Assembly: GCA_001662655.1 (NCBI GenBank)
Contig: KV460289.1
DNA length: 20,000 bases
Source of the DNA: Pseudogymnoascus verrucosus
Taxonomy: Eukaryota
Reading direction: 5' to 3' (one strand)
Shown here: positions 9,770 to 19,464 of the stretch, piece after piece
How positions within the stretch are numbered: the first letter of the stretch is position 1
How the letters are laid out: each line of letters begins with the position of its first letter
Position numbers and translations under genes: made by a program
The notes under the pieces: model-generated
The model's input: only the letters and a program-made list of their open reading frames with translations
What the model was told of the DNA's origin: nothing
Databases searched by the model: none

Positions 9770-10940
9770 ATGTCGGACCAAAAGATGAAGTAAGCTCAGC
9801 GCTTCAGTGAGCTTCCCTACGAGATCCGCTTGCTGCATGTCAGAGGTTCTGGGCAGGTGTATTATGCCTAGCTGCATATGAATCCAGATGATGTCCAATG
9901 ATCCCTATCAGCTTAGGTTTGTGGCCGACGATGTGATCAAGGCGAACTATTCTAATTCCAAGACGCTTTCAGCGCCATCTAGACTAAATTCGAGCATGAG
10001 ACCATCGAAGGCTCGTTCATCCGCAAGCTCTATCCTGCGAAATACCCGCCGCCGATAGGAGTATGGCAAGGAGCAACAGCAGAAGATGCAGAGAAGCCAT
10101 ACCAACTTTGATTCGTGGCTGGAAACGTCGTCAAAGCTCCGTTTGACACACAGCGGAACACATCCGTGGTAGAGTGGCATGGTGTTGTTCTCCGGAATCC
10201 TACCTAACTACGCACAGGTCATGTAGCATTATCACTAAAGCGCCCAAAGACATTACCAGAGTCGTCTGAGATCGACGCATCAAATGGCAAGAATTGACCA
10301 TACGTAGCCCCCAGAATGCCAAACTATCTATATGGCCAGCTTACAATCAACCGCGATAATCCCACCGTTGAGGCTCGTCTTAGCAGCGATGACGTCCTTC
10401 ATATTTGCTTCAATACTGTTGAGTACTCTACAGAACCAGAGTGGCACTGCATCGTTCTTGGGGTCCCAGTCTGGGTCCAACCTAGATCTGTCGTTATTAG
10501 GATGGCCCGACCCAAAATCTCAGAGGAACCAAGATTGCTTGTGGAGAAGGAATTGGTCCCGAGGGTGAAATGTACAACAAGATGCAAGCAGCACCGTGTC
10601 TTACAATTAATGCAAGCACGCGGAACTCTGACAAGGGAAAGAAGGTCGTAGCAAATGTCTTTCACATTATCAGCCGTGGTAGGAAACAAGAATATGGCGA
10701 AACAAATGGTCTAAACCCGTTCATTCCCAACGATCATGTTAGGAAAGTAGCCTAGCGCCTCCTCAATAAGACTGCAATTCCAGACACTCTAGATGCATTC
10801 TTTTATCTAATTCGGGATGCACTTGGATCTATCTGTCACATGCATGATGAGGATCACAGAACAGTTGTTGAATATATCCGCTCTATCCTAATCATTCACG
10901 GACTCGTGTTGGCTATCGTTACCGGGCGCGCTGGAACTAC
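9770..10940 (+). pseudogene. Decayed gene with 2-3 internal repeats and a Walker-A-like remnant (Upf1-like SF1B helicase relic?)
   Basis: The frame is largely maintained from 9956 to ~10560 with in-frame stops. Repeats: PYQLRFVADDVIKANY (9903-9950) vs PYQL*FVAGNVVKAPF (10097-10144), and EWHGVVLRNPT*LRTGHVALSLKRPK (10172-10249) vs EWHCIVLGVPVWVQPRSVVIRMARPK (10439-10516). LAIVTGRAGT at 10909-10938. Pseudogene status is well supported, the family assignment is tentative. Confidence 0.5.
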
Positions 10941-12395
10941 GGCGGGGCACTGCCTCAAAATTTTCAGAGCCTAGCCCCGCACCATCGTGCGATGCTACTG
11001 CCAAACGATTATAAGGGGCGTGATCACCACGCAGAAGATGCAGAGTATAACTGCTCTGTAAAACGTTGTGACAATGTCTTCAAGCGGGCGGTGGCTGGAA
11101 TTAACTCGGCGATCTAGACTTACCGAGCGTCGACATATACTTCTGGTACTATTTTATGGCGCCGCATTTGTCATTTTTATGCATCGGTTTGCGGACTGAG
11201 TCCTTGAGGTATTGCATGATTGCGTTAAGCCTGGGTCTGCGGAGGAGGATCAAACGTTGAATAGACTACGCGTAGCACTCCGTTGGAATCTGAAGAGCCT
11301 CTACATTACGCATTCAGGATATATGTTCCTTGGTATGTAATCCGCATCCGCAGAACAGCCAGTGGAGTTGCCCTGTGGAGAGCCGTTCCTCTTCCTTTGC
11401 GCGCAAAGCTGGTCGCCAACGTCAGACGAGAATAGCTCTAATGGTACTGTTACGTCCCCAGCTCCAAGCGAGCAATGCCTCTCTCATAATTCGCTGTAAA
11501 TACCAACGGATATTTCTACGGAGATTACAGCTTCGAGCAACGATGGATGTGAAGCCTCCCGCCGAGCTTCTATTGCTAGTGGTCCCCGCCTGAGACCATG
11601 TCATAATAGGAAGCCGATATATTGATACTCAGCGGAGAATTTGGGGGTGGACTGGAACACATATTACACTACGACATATTGCACCGCGACCATTGGATGT
11701 CCGCAGGTGAGCTAGGTAAGTGGGTGCGAACGGTAAGCAAGATGAGCAGTTTGAGTGGTATGAGCAGGGTAAGCTAGAAAAGAACCACTGGCTAAATCCT
11801 AGCCTGCATAACTAACAGTCAGCTCTTAACTAACTAGTGGTGCTGAAATTCCAACCCTATCTTTAGTATAAAGTATATAAAAAGCTAATAATATAATAAA
11901 TAAGAGCTGTCTAATTTGAGCAAAATATAAAGCGCCCATTAGGTTCTAGACATACAAAGTAGACGGATTAAGTGGAGCATATTAGAGTTGGCGTCGGATC
12001 TAACCGACGGTGTGCCCACTCCAGGATTTTCCCCCTAGCTTAACAGAGCGGCCTGACAGCCAGGGTTCTCACTTGCTGTCAGGCACTAACCGCACTAGTA
12101 TACGGATACAAATTTGGCGTGGGTTCCCTATTTCGGCAACATTGCTAACACTACACGAAATTTTCACCCCGCATGTGCTAAAAACCAACAGGAGCTAAGT
12201 AGAAACTTACCCAGGCATTAAATCTATGCTATTAGTCATGTATCTAACTAACCAATGTAAGGGGTGCATGCGCGCGTGATGGCTAAACGGTCCAGAACGC
12301 TTTCTGGAAGGATTATAGGACGGGGAAACTAACAAATGTCCTAGCAAGGTGTTGAGGGGTCATTGGCCCTTAATTTTTATTACTGCTCTAGGGTA

Positions 12396-14030
12396 CTACT
12401 CCAATACGATGGATAATTCATGGGGCACGGAATGCGCACTTCCTCTATTGCTAAGATACAGCCTGACGGACCCTAACTCCGCCCCCCAATAGCCCCACAT
12501 GCCAAAATCTAGGCCACCTAGCTGTGCGATACAACCCCCCACATCAGGTAGACTCCCATACAGTATAGTGCTGCTAGGGTCCCCGCAATGCCACGGGGAC
12601 AGTATCTTCCAATCGTCGTGCTTATTAAACTGTGGCTTGAGCCCTCGCTCCTCCCGGCGCTGCTCCATGTCTTGCAGGAAGAAGTCCCGGAATCGGCTAG
12701 ATTCGGCCTCCGTGATGAGGAAGCTATCCGCCGGTAGAGGGATATGTTCGTCTGGGTCGTCTGTGTCGTCTGGGTCGACGGGCATGTCGGTGTTGGGGTC
12801 AGGCATGTCCATGATTTTGGTGTACGCCTCGCAGTAGTCGCCGGCGATGCAAGCTCGCACACACTGCGGACGCATGGCCGGCCGCGCCTCTGCAAGCTTA
12901 CATAGAGTGTAGGGTGATGGTATAGTCGGATACCAAATCCAGTATGGCAGCTCGTCGTCGGGGACAGGCGGATCAGCATCCAAGAGGTGGTGCGTAGCAT
13001 TGTTCATGATGTGGCGTGCGTAAATACCTCTCCGCAGTTCCACGACCAAGTCCTCGTCACATACAGCCGCGACCTCGTGCATGACGTCTGGATTGCGATC
13101 TAGCCAGAACGCCATGGCTGTGCTACGATAGATGCCAGGTATTAGACATTGCACCTCATACTGCACGCTGCGGCCTTTGCGGCGGAGGCGTACGTAGCGA
13201 TCGACGTTGCCCTCGCAGGCGGACATTAGGATCAGCAGATCTTTGGTCATGGTCGGGAGATCGAACGGCAGCGGGGATACGAGCAGGTCGGCCTCATCGT
13301 CAGTGAGCCTGGCTATCTCAAGCTTCACAGTCTCCGGGCCGATGCCCCAGTCCTCGTTGATATTGAAGTATCTCTTCGATCTAAAAAACGGTGCAAATAC
13401 CTGGCGTTCCTTGAGTGTGGCACGCACGGCCGTATCGGCGTTGAGAAAAGCGCCAGGCTTGGGCCTGTCTAGCTCGACCGTGAGGTCGTAGTCGTTCATG
13501 ACGCTATAGCGCAGGGGCGCAGCCATGATCTGCTCGAAGATGTGCCGAGATCCGTCACTGTCGCGACTCGCCTCCCGCGCTTCCTCGGCGATGCAAGGGT
13601 CGGGGAGCAAATCGAGCTCGCGATACAGCTGGTCGTAACCAGCCACCGCGCAAGCCCGGCCGACCTGGTATCGCATGTCGGGACAGGCGGCGGCGAGCTT
13701 CCGGTAGGTTCCTTCGCTGGCCACATCAGGATGCCAGATGCAGTAGGGATAGAACGCCTTGTTGCCCATCAGTTCACTGCCAGGCACCTCGTCGCTCATA
13801 ATGAGGCGCGCATTACGGGCGCGCGCAAAGATCTCCTGCCCCGTCGTGCGACACAGATCCGTGACCTCGAGTGAGCGGGCAAAGGCTAGGTGATGACGGA
13901 TTCCGCTAATTAGGCAAAGCCGCACAGTCAGGTGTCCTAGGTTCTCCGGCAGCTTCTGGCCCTTCAGCGCTGACTCGCAGTCAACCGAGCTAAAGTCCGT
14001 TTGACCAAGGCGACATGTTATTAGGTCCAT
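12396..14030 (-). CDS. Intronless 544-aa fungal hypothetical protein with a twice-repeated ~115-150-aa domain
   Basis: Long open frame with GC-rich, fungal-like codon usage. Internal repeat CLISGI..ARNARLIMS..PYCIWHP..TYRKLA..PDMRYQVGRACAVAGY vs CLIPGI..IYARHIMNN..PYWIWYP..TLCKLA..PAMRPQCVRACIAGDY. No signal peptide or recognised catalytic motif. Confidence 0.85.
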   Translation of the reverse strand: MDLITCRLGQTDFSSVDCESALKGQKLPENLGHLTVRLCLISGIRHHLAFARSLEVTDLCRTTGQEIFARARNARLIMSDEVPGSELMGNKAFYPYCIWHPDVASEGTYRKLAAACPDMRYQVGRACAVAGYDQLYRELDLLPDPCIAEEAREASRDSDGSRHIFEQIMAAPLRYSVMNDYDLTVELDRPKPGAFLNADTAVRATLKERQVFAPFFRSKRYFNINEDWGIGPETVKLEIARLTDDEADLLVSPLPFDLPTMTKDLLILMSACEGNVDRYVRLRRKGRSVQYEVQCLIPGIYRSTAMAFWLDRNPDVMHEVAAVCDEDLVVELRRGIYARHIMNNATHHLLDADPPVPDDELPYWIWYPTIPSPYTLCKLAEARPAMRPQCVRACIAGDYCEAYTKIMDMPDPNTDMPVDPDDTDDPDEHIPLPADSFLITEAESSRFRDFFLQDMEQRREERGLKPQFNKHDDWKILSPWHCGDPSSTILYGSLPDVGGCIAQLGGLDFGMWGYWGAELGSVRLYLSNRGSAHSVPHELSIVLE

Positions 14031-14994
14031 TGCGGCTATGATTGTATGCTTGAGTATAGCACTTCACGAAGTTTGCATCGGCAAACGTGTACGTGGATAA
14101 TGGGGAGGCAGAATCAGACGTTTCTAATCTGTCGGGGTATTAGCTAGTCAGATAATAAGGGACGCGAATCTGCACACTTTTGCACTATTGACACACTATT
14201 GGTTCGAACCCTACTCGGGGCTCTCGGGACTTGGCGATGCATCATCCACTATAACCATGCTCCATGTTGGATGTTATATTGCTGTTGTTGGACTATACGA
14301 AGTATGCAGCATTTTGTTGGATGTAAGTGGGGACAAAGTGACACACTAGTGGGGCGTCGGGGCTTCCCGAGACCGGCTCCCTGACAGCTCCCCTGACAGG
14401 AGTTTAATAAAGTTAAAGTGTGGCGGAGAAAAAATGATATTCGTACTAGCGGGCCTGTGCACCCAACCACTTGCAGCAAAAACAATTTAGCTAGTGTTTA
14501 CTCGAGTACACCTATTTACGCACAGACCCGTAATTACCTTTCGCGGCGAGTTGGCGGCGTACCGTAGCTCGTTCGAGTAACCATCACCCCTAGGTATAAC
14601 GATAGGCCATGCCATGAACCTGTTAGTACTTTTTTTCTTTTTTTGTGGACTATCCGATATGTGTTTAATTTTAATTAACATGGATGTTATTCATTTAGCC
14701 TAGGTAACCTCTAGGTGACTTCTAGATACATTCAAATCAAACGTCTGGCACATACTGTCCCACCCTCACTACCCACATCTAGCAGGTCATCTTTTAGATA
14801 CGATGTTGGAATGTGAAATTACCTCTATTTTGCCAAGTAGGGGTGGCTGCAATTAAAGCACTCGTGTCTTTGACTACATCCGTTCCCCCCTCCTTCAGTC
14901 AAGTCGCCTTTTCTACTCTTTAGCCTTCTGATTTCCCAAATCTTTGACGCTCCTCGAAACTTAAGGCTTTGTTTGCCTTGAAGTCTCTCACACC

Positions 14995-15907
14995 ATGCTC
15001 TTCTCCAGCCTCTTCGGGCCGGCTTGTATGCCTCATCGTTACTCTTTCGTCGCTGCCTACGGCCATTGCAGGCGGAACATCGGGCGTCCATGAGCAAGTT
15101 GGACCCATATATCAAACGTACCGTATCGCCATCCAAACCTGGGGCAACGACAGAAAAAAATCTTACCGGGAATCGAGAGCGGCTCGCACCCGTTAGGCGG
15201 TGCAAATTTCTTGGAGATGGCCAAATTCCTCGGAATCGAAGCAGTCGACAGCACGTTTAAGGCGCAGTGCAGGACCTCAACGACCCAGACCCGCATATTG
15301 TCGTCAACTATGTAAATAACCGTGCAACTAGGGATGAAAAGAAAAGTTTCTTCAAGTCACTACCACTACCGAAGATAATTGCAGGCTCAACCACTATCTT
15401 CTCCGAATTTCTGGGTAAAATTACGACGATTGTGGATTTCGGTCCGTAATTCCCCCTACTGCTTCTATTATATCCACGTACTTATGACCCTTCTCTAGCC
15501 TACGAAATAAAGAAAACGGACAAAAAATGGGACAATATCAAGCACTTCAGGGAGAGGCTCGCTGTGTGCCACAAAGCTGCCATAGAGATCCGACAGGGTG
15601 AGCTGGTAGGGGTTAGAACCGGAAAGGACGGCGCGGTCAAAGCCATTAAAAAGAAACGGGGTCTCGTCGCGGTGACGAAGATCAAAGTTTACGAGCATGT
15701 CCCTAATATTAATATATATTCTCTAGACGAGGATGCAACGAAAAAAAAAAACTAGGCGCTGTCACAACCCGCGATATAGTAGCGTTTGCAGCAAACTTCG
15801 GCAAGACTGATGAATATGTGGATTTTGAGAAGGAACACTACAAGGTCATGGCCCAGCACGAAAGTTTGCAGACGAAGGAGCGGGCACGTTTGAATGGTAG
15901 ATGTTAA
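14995..15907 (+). pseudogene. Secreted effector-like protein gene (~285 aa if repaired) with four 1-bp frameshifts; intron 15442-15498
   Basis: CACCATG start. The repaired frame reads MLFSSLFGRLVCLIVTLSSLPTAIAG-GTSGVHEQ..YRIAIQTWGNDRKKILPGIESGSHPLGGANFLEMAKFLG..VQDLNDPDPHIVVNYVNN..IVDF/AYEIKK..LDEDATKKKKLGAVTTRDIVAFAANF..EHYKVMAQHESLQTKERARLNGRC*. The GTCCGT..CTAG 57-nt intron joins in frame, and no internal stops remain after repair. Confidence 0.65.
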
Positions 15908-16848
15908 ATAGTTATAAATAAGTTACCTGGTTTACTACAAGGCCATGTCAGCTGTGTTTAATAAAGATAAAGGCTGTTTTCCTGAAAACAGGAGGCACCG
16001 GGCTTAGGTTCCACGCACGGCATGCCTATTGGCACGATTGAGACCATGAATCTGATGTTACTTAAACCTGTGTATGTCAGAGCGGACGGGGTGCCCAATT
16101 CTTTCTGGTCTGTAGTCGCATGTGGGAGTTACAGTCGTAGTCGACGTTGAGTAGTGTCCTCAATGCGTAATATACTCAAGTCCAGGAAGGATGAGACTTT
16201 AAATCGCCCAATAAATAAACAGCCTCTCATGTGACTTTACCCTGTGGTGAGATGCTTGCCTAGCGTGCCTAGCACAACTGCCGTACTAGACGTGGCAACG
16301 CCGATGAGATATTATGGAGATGCCATGACAGACTACGGATGCGGCTGTGCCCCTTCTGATACTACCCCTCCCCCCCCCCCCTGTATGATTGTAACGATCC
16401 ACTATTTTTACAGCTTCACCGCACCCAAGTTAGGCGGAATACCGTTCAGCTTTAGTGAGCGATCCTGCCAAGCTCTGGCAATACTTTTGCGGGTCGTTAT
16501 AATCATACAGGGGGGATAGTAGATGATCAAAGCAACATCTGCGCCGTATAATTTTTCCATACTTATATACCTTGTTGGTCAAGATGCTTCTTCTTCGAGA
16601 TGCTTTCTGGCTTTGGCGTTTCCGTACGTTGCACATGTCGGAATACCAAGAGGTTCGCCGTGGCCGAATGGGGAAATCCAACAAAATCCAATATTAAGCG
16701 GCTAAATGTAGCGAGCATCCACTGTTACCAATGCAACGAGCACTAAATAAAGAGCAGGGTATCCCCCCAGCTTTATTTCTCGTCACAAATAACTCAGCAA
16801 CTTGCTACCTCTCAGCTACAATTGCAATTCTTGAAAACTACGCCAATC

Positions 16849-17604
16849 ATGCATTCAATCCTACCCATCGTCGCGCTCCTGGCCGCCGGCGCTAATACTG
16901 TCACTGCGGGTAGCTACGCTGAAAACTACCCAAACCGCATATATCTGAACTCGATGTGCCTTCCCACTAATGCTAATGCTAACGTGGAAGGAGGCATACC
17001 AGAGGCCGAATGGGTCGCCGCAATGGCCACCTCTCCCTTTCCCTGCGAGCAAAGAATCTACCTCGAGCGGACGTGTTTCGCCAACGGCACCACCACTAAC
17101 GACTTCATCGCCGAGCAACAGTGCCTCTGCGGTGGCAATTACTTTGAGGCCCTTTCCGCTTGCTACGACTGCCTAATTGCGCATGGTTTGGTCGTCACGC
17201 CATCTAGCCTTGCCTCATATTCTAGCGCAGTTTCTAGCTATAGCTCGGCTGAGTGCTCGGCCTCGCCCGTGACCCAAGGCTACACCAACCTGTTCACGGT
17301 CAACACGTCAACCGGTCCATTTCTTGACTACACGGTCTCGCCCGACCCCTTCGCCAACGATACGCGCGTGGCGAATTACTGGACTGGCCCGACTGCTCCG
17401 GTAGCGGGCAAGATTACGGGGAGCGCCGTGCAGCACCAGAGCAGCTTTACAAATGTCGATAATGTTAGATTTACGCCACCTGGTGCTGTTACGACGGGAG
17501 GCAGCGTGACAACTCCATTGGCGACGTCCACGGGAGGCGCGGTTAAGGTCAGGGTTGAGGGAGGGTTAATCGCTGCGGCGATAGGGGTGCTTGCGGCGCT
17601 GTGA
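16849..17604 (+). CDS. Secreted, Cys-rich, probably GPI-anchored cell-surface protein (251 aa), resembling the N-terminal domain of Mcl1-like proteins, without collagen repeats
   Basis: Signal peptide MHSILPIVALLAAGANTVTAG from the ATG at 16849 (the ORF-track TTG at 16822 is not used). Eight-Cys pattern C..PC..C..NGT..QQCLC..YF..C..CL.AHG..C, a Ser/Thr-rich tail and hydrophobic C-terminus GGLIAAAIGVLAAL. Confidence 0.85.
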   Translation: MHSILPIVALLAAGANTVTAGSYAENYPNRIYLNSMCLPTNANANVEGGIPEAEWVAAMATSPFPCEQRIYLERTCFANGTTTNDFIAEQQCLCGGNYFEALSACYDCLIAHGLVVTPSSLASYSSAVSSYSSAECSASPVTQGYTNLFTVNTSTGPFLDYTVSPDPFANDTRVANYWTGPTAPVAGKITGSAVQHQSSFTNVDNVRFTPPGAVTTGGSVTTPLATSTGGAVKVRVEGGLIAAAIGVLAAL

Positions 17605-18210
17605 GTGGTTGCTAGATATATGTGTGGTTGTAAATAGCATGAAGGGAGCATATAATAGCGATAGACATGTTACTAGAAGATCTTAAGCTACATTGATTTA
17701 ATTGCTCTTGCTGGATTGCCGTGTATGCGACACCTACCATTGATTATTCTCAATGGAGTATACATCAACTTCCCTTATCTTCAGATTTTCCTTTATCCAT
17801 GGATTTGAGCCACGTTGGGCGAGTTGGTGAGGCCATCCCTGTCTGTGATATCGTTGGGAAGGGCATTTGCTGCTTTAGGCACCGTAGATATTAGAGGAAA
17901 ATTATCATCAGTGCTGTCTAGGGATTTTCTTCTACACGGTGAGCCACATCGACTATGATGAAATCAAACTCCTTAAAATTTTCCTTTCCATCCACATCCT
18001 ATGTGACATCCTATGTGCATCTTCACACACCCATCTCACCTCTATAAACAATTGGCTGCGGAGCGCATTGCATCTTGGTGGTACGAAATCTCACGAGTCT
18101 ACAAAAGCGAGGAATAGAGTGCTGGGACTTGTGTTTCGTCTCTATTTGGAATATCTAGATCCTCCTTCCCCGTCGTTATCTGTTTCTATTTCTCAGTCCA
18201 GCCTAGCCCA

Positions 18211-18600
18211 TTTCTCGCCGTTGTCCTGTTTCCTGCTACCATTGGCTTATCTTGCCGTCATGCCCGTTTTTCTCATTGCCGTTCCCATCTTCTCGTCATC
18301 AGCCATACCATCATCACCAGTAATCCCATCTTCTCTTCTACTCATGGTCCTGCTCTCTCATCCCCTTCGCGCGTCATCGATCACATGTTCCACGGCAGTT
18401 CACGTAACGGAAAGATAGGGGTGCCATTGTGGTTGGTTAATTAGTTGGTTATACTCTGGGGGTTGTCACGTCCCTCTTAAATATACAAATGTTCATCGTG
18501 GGTATTCCCACACGGTGAACCGCATCTACAGGGAAGACACCGAATGCCCCAGCCCTGCCCAATCTCTCCCCCATCCTAGTTCCTGTATTCAAAAGTTAAA
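18211..18600. repeat. Diverged direct repeat, copy A (~390 bp)
   Basis: Aligns by eye with 18872-19260, e.g. ctctctcatccccttcgcgcgtcatcgatcacatgttccacggcagttcacg vs ctctctcacgcccctcatccgtcattaatcacgtatcccccaacagttcacg, and gttgtcacgtccctcttaaata vs gttgtcatctccccttaaata. Confidence 0.85.
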
Positions 18601-18871
18601 TACCTTATAATAGGATAACCCCGACTTCACCACCCTCACCAGGCCAATGCACGTGCAACACCTACGCCATAAAATAGAATCCCATACGCTCGAACAATAT
18701 CACTAATGATGAAAACACTATAAATACCACAATAATGGCGCCTAGTGAAAACTCAAGGCACTCTATACGAAGGCTGTGATGACAAGTATACCTGTCAACA
18801 ACAGCACTTGGACCCGAAGTCGTACGGCAGGTATATGGATAACTAAGACCGAGTTCGCTAAACCCCTAATA

Positions 18872-19260
18872 TTCTCGTCGTCACCCCCTTTTCTCACCAC
18901 CGGGGTATTACCTGTCGCCAGTAGTTTACCATCACACCCTTTTCTCGTCGTCGCCCCCATCTTCTCGTTACTGTCCACCACCTCTTTCCCTCTGCCTATC
19001 GCCTTACTCTCTCACGCCCCTCATCCGTCATTAATCACGTATCCCCCAACAGTTCACGCAGTAGCAAGATGGTCATATATGTGGATAGACTAGTTGATGG
19101 ACTGCTTGCCTGTCTACTAGGAGTTGTCATCTCCCCTTAAATAAACTGCGTCCATTGTGTTCATTCTCCACACAGTGGGTCGTTCTCCACAGCGATGATT
19201 TCATGCATCCCAGCCTTGACAAATTTCCCTCCCATCCCAGCTCTGGCGTTTTAAATTTCA
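18872..19260. repeat. Diverged direct repeat, copy B (~660-bp offset from copy A)
   Basis: See copy A. Also cccagccttgacaaatttccctcccatcccag vs cccagccctgcccaatctctcccccatcctag. Confidence 0.85.
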
Positions 19261-19464
19261 ACGGTTTAAGGGGAACGGTGATATCAAGGCAAGATTTTAC
19301 AGACAAACGCATAGAGTATATTCATTAAAGAGCGATCGATAAAACCCAAGGTAATCAGCCTGCAAATATTAGACAACAGTAGATTCGCAAACCTCATTCG
19401 CCAAATCCCCAATCTTTCGCCTCGTCAACTACCATATACACTAGTAAATAGATGAAATCCCTAC

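Noticed and set aside
9800..9835. RFSELPYEIRLL as an F-box/2EXR motif
   Set aside because: It runs directly into repeat module A of the 9770-10940 relic and lacks the following IW/IY helix, so it is better explained as part of that gene.
11649..11690. GLEHILHYDILHRD resembling a kinase catalytic loop
   Set aside because: Isolated short match. No downstream K..N, DFG or other kinase motifs were seen.
12499..13874. Overlapping ORFs 12499-12837, 12518-13000, 13207-13491, 13496-13726 and 13542-13874
   Set aside because: Shadow frames of the 544-aa CDS.
17939..19093. Plus-strand ORFs 17939-18418 and 18776-19093 with similar hydrophobic C-termini
   Set aside because: They have GTG starts and low-complexity pyrimidine-rich translation. 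The similarity follows from the DNA duplication, whose TATA/ATG signals point to the minus strand.
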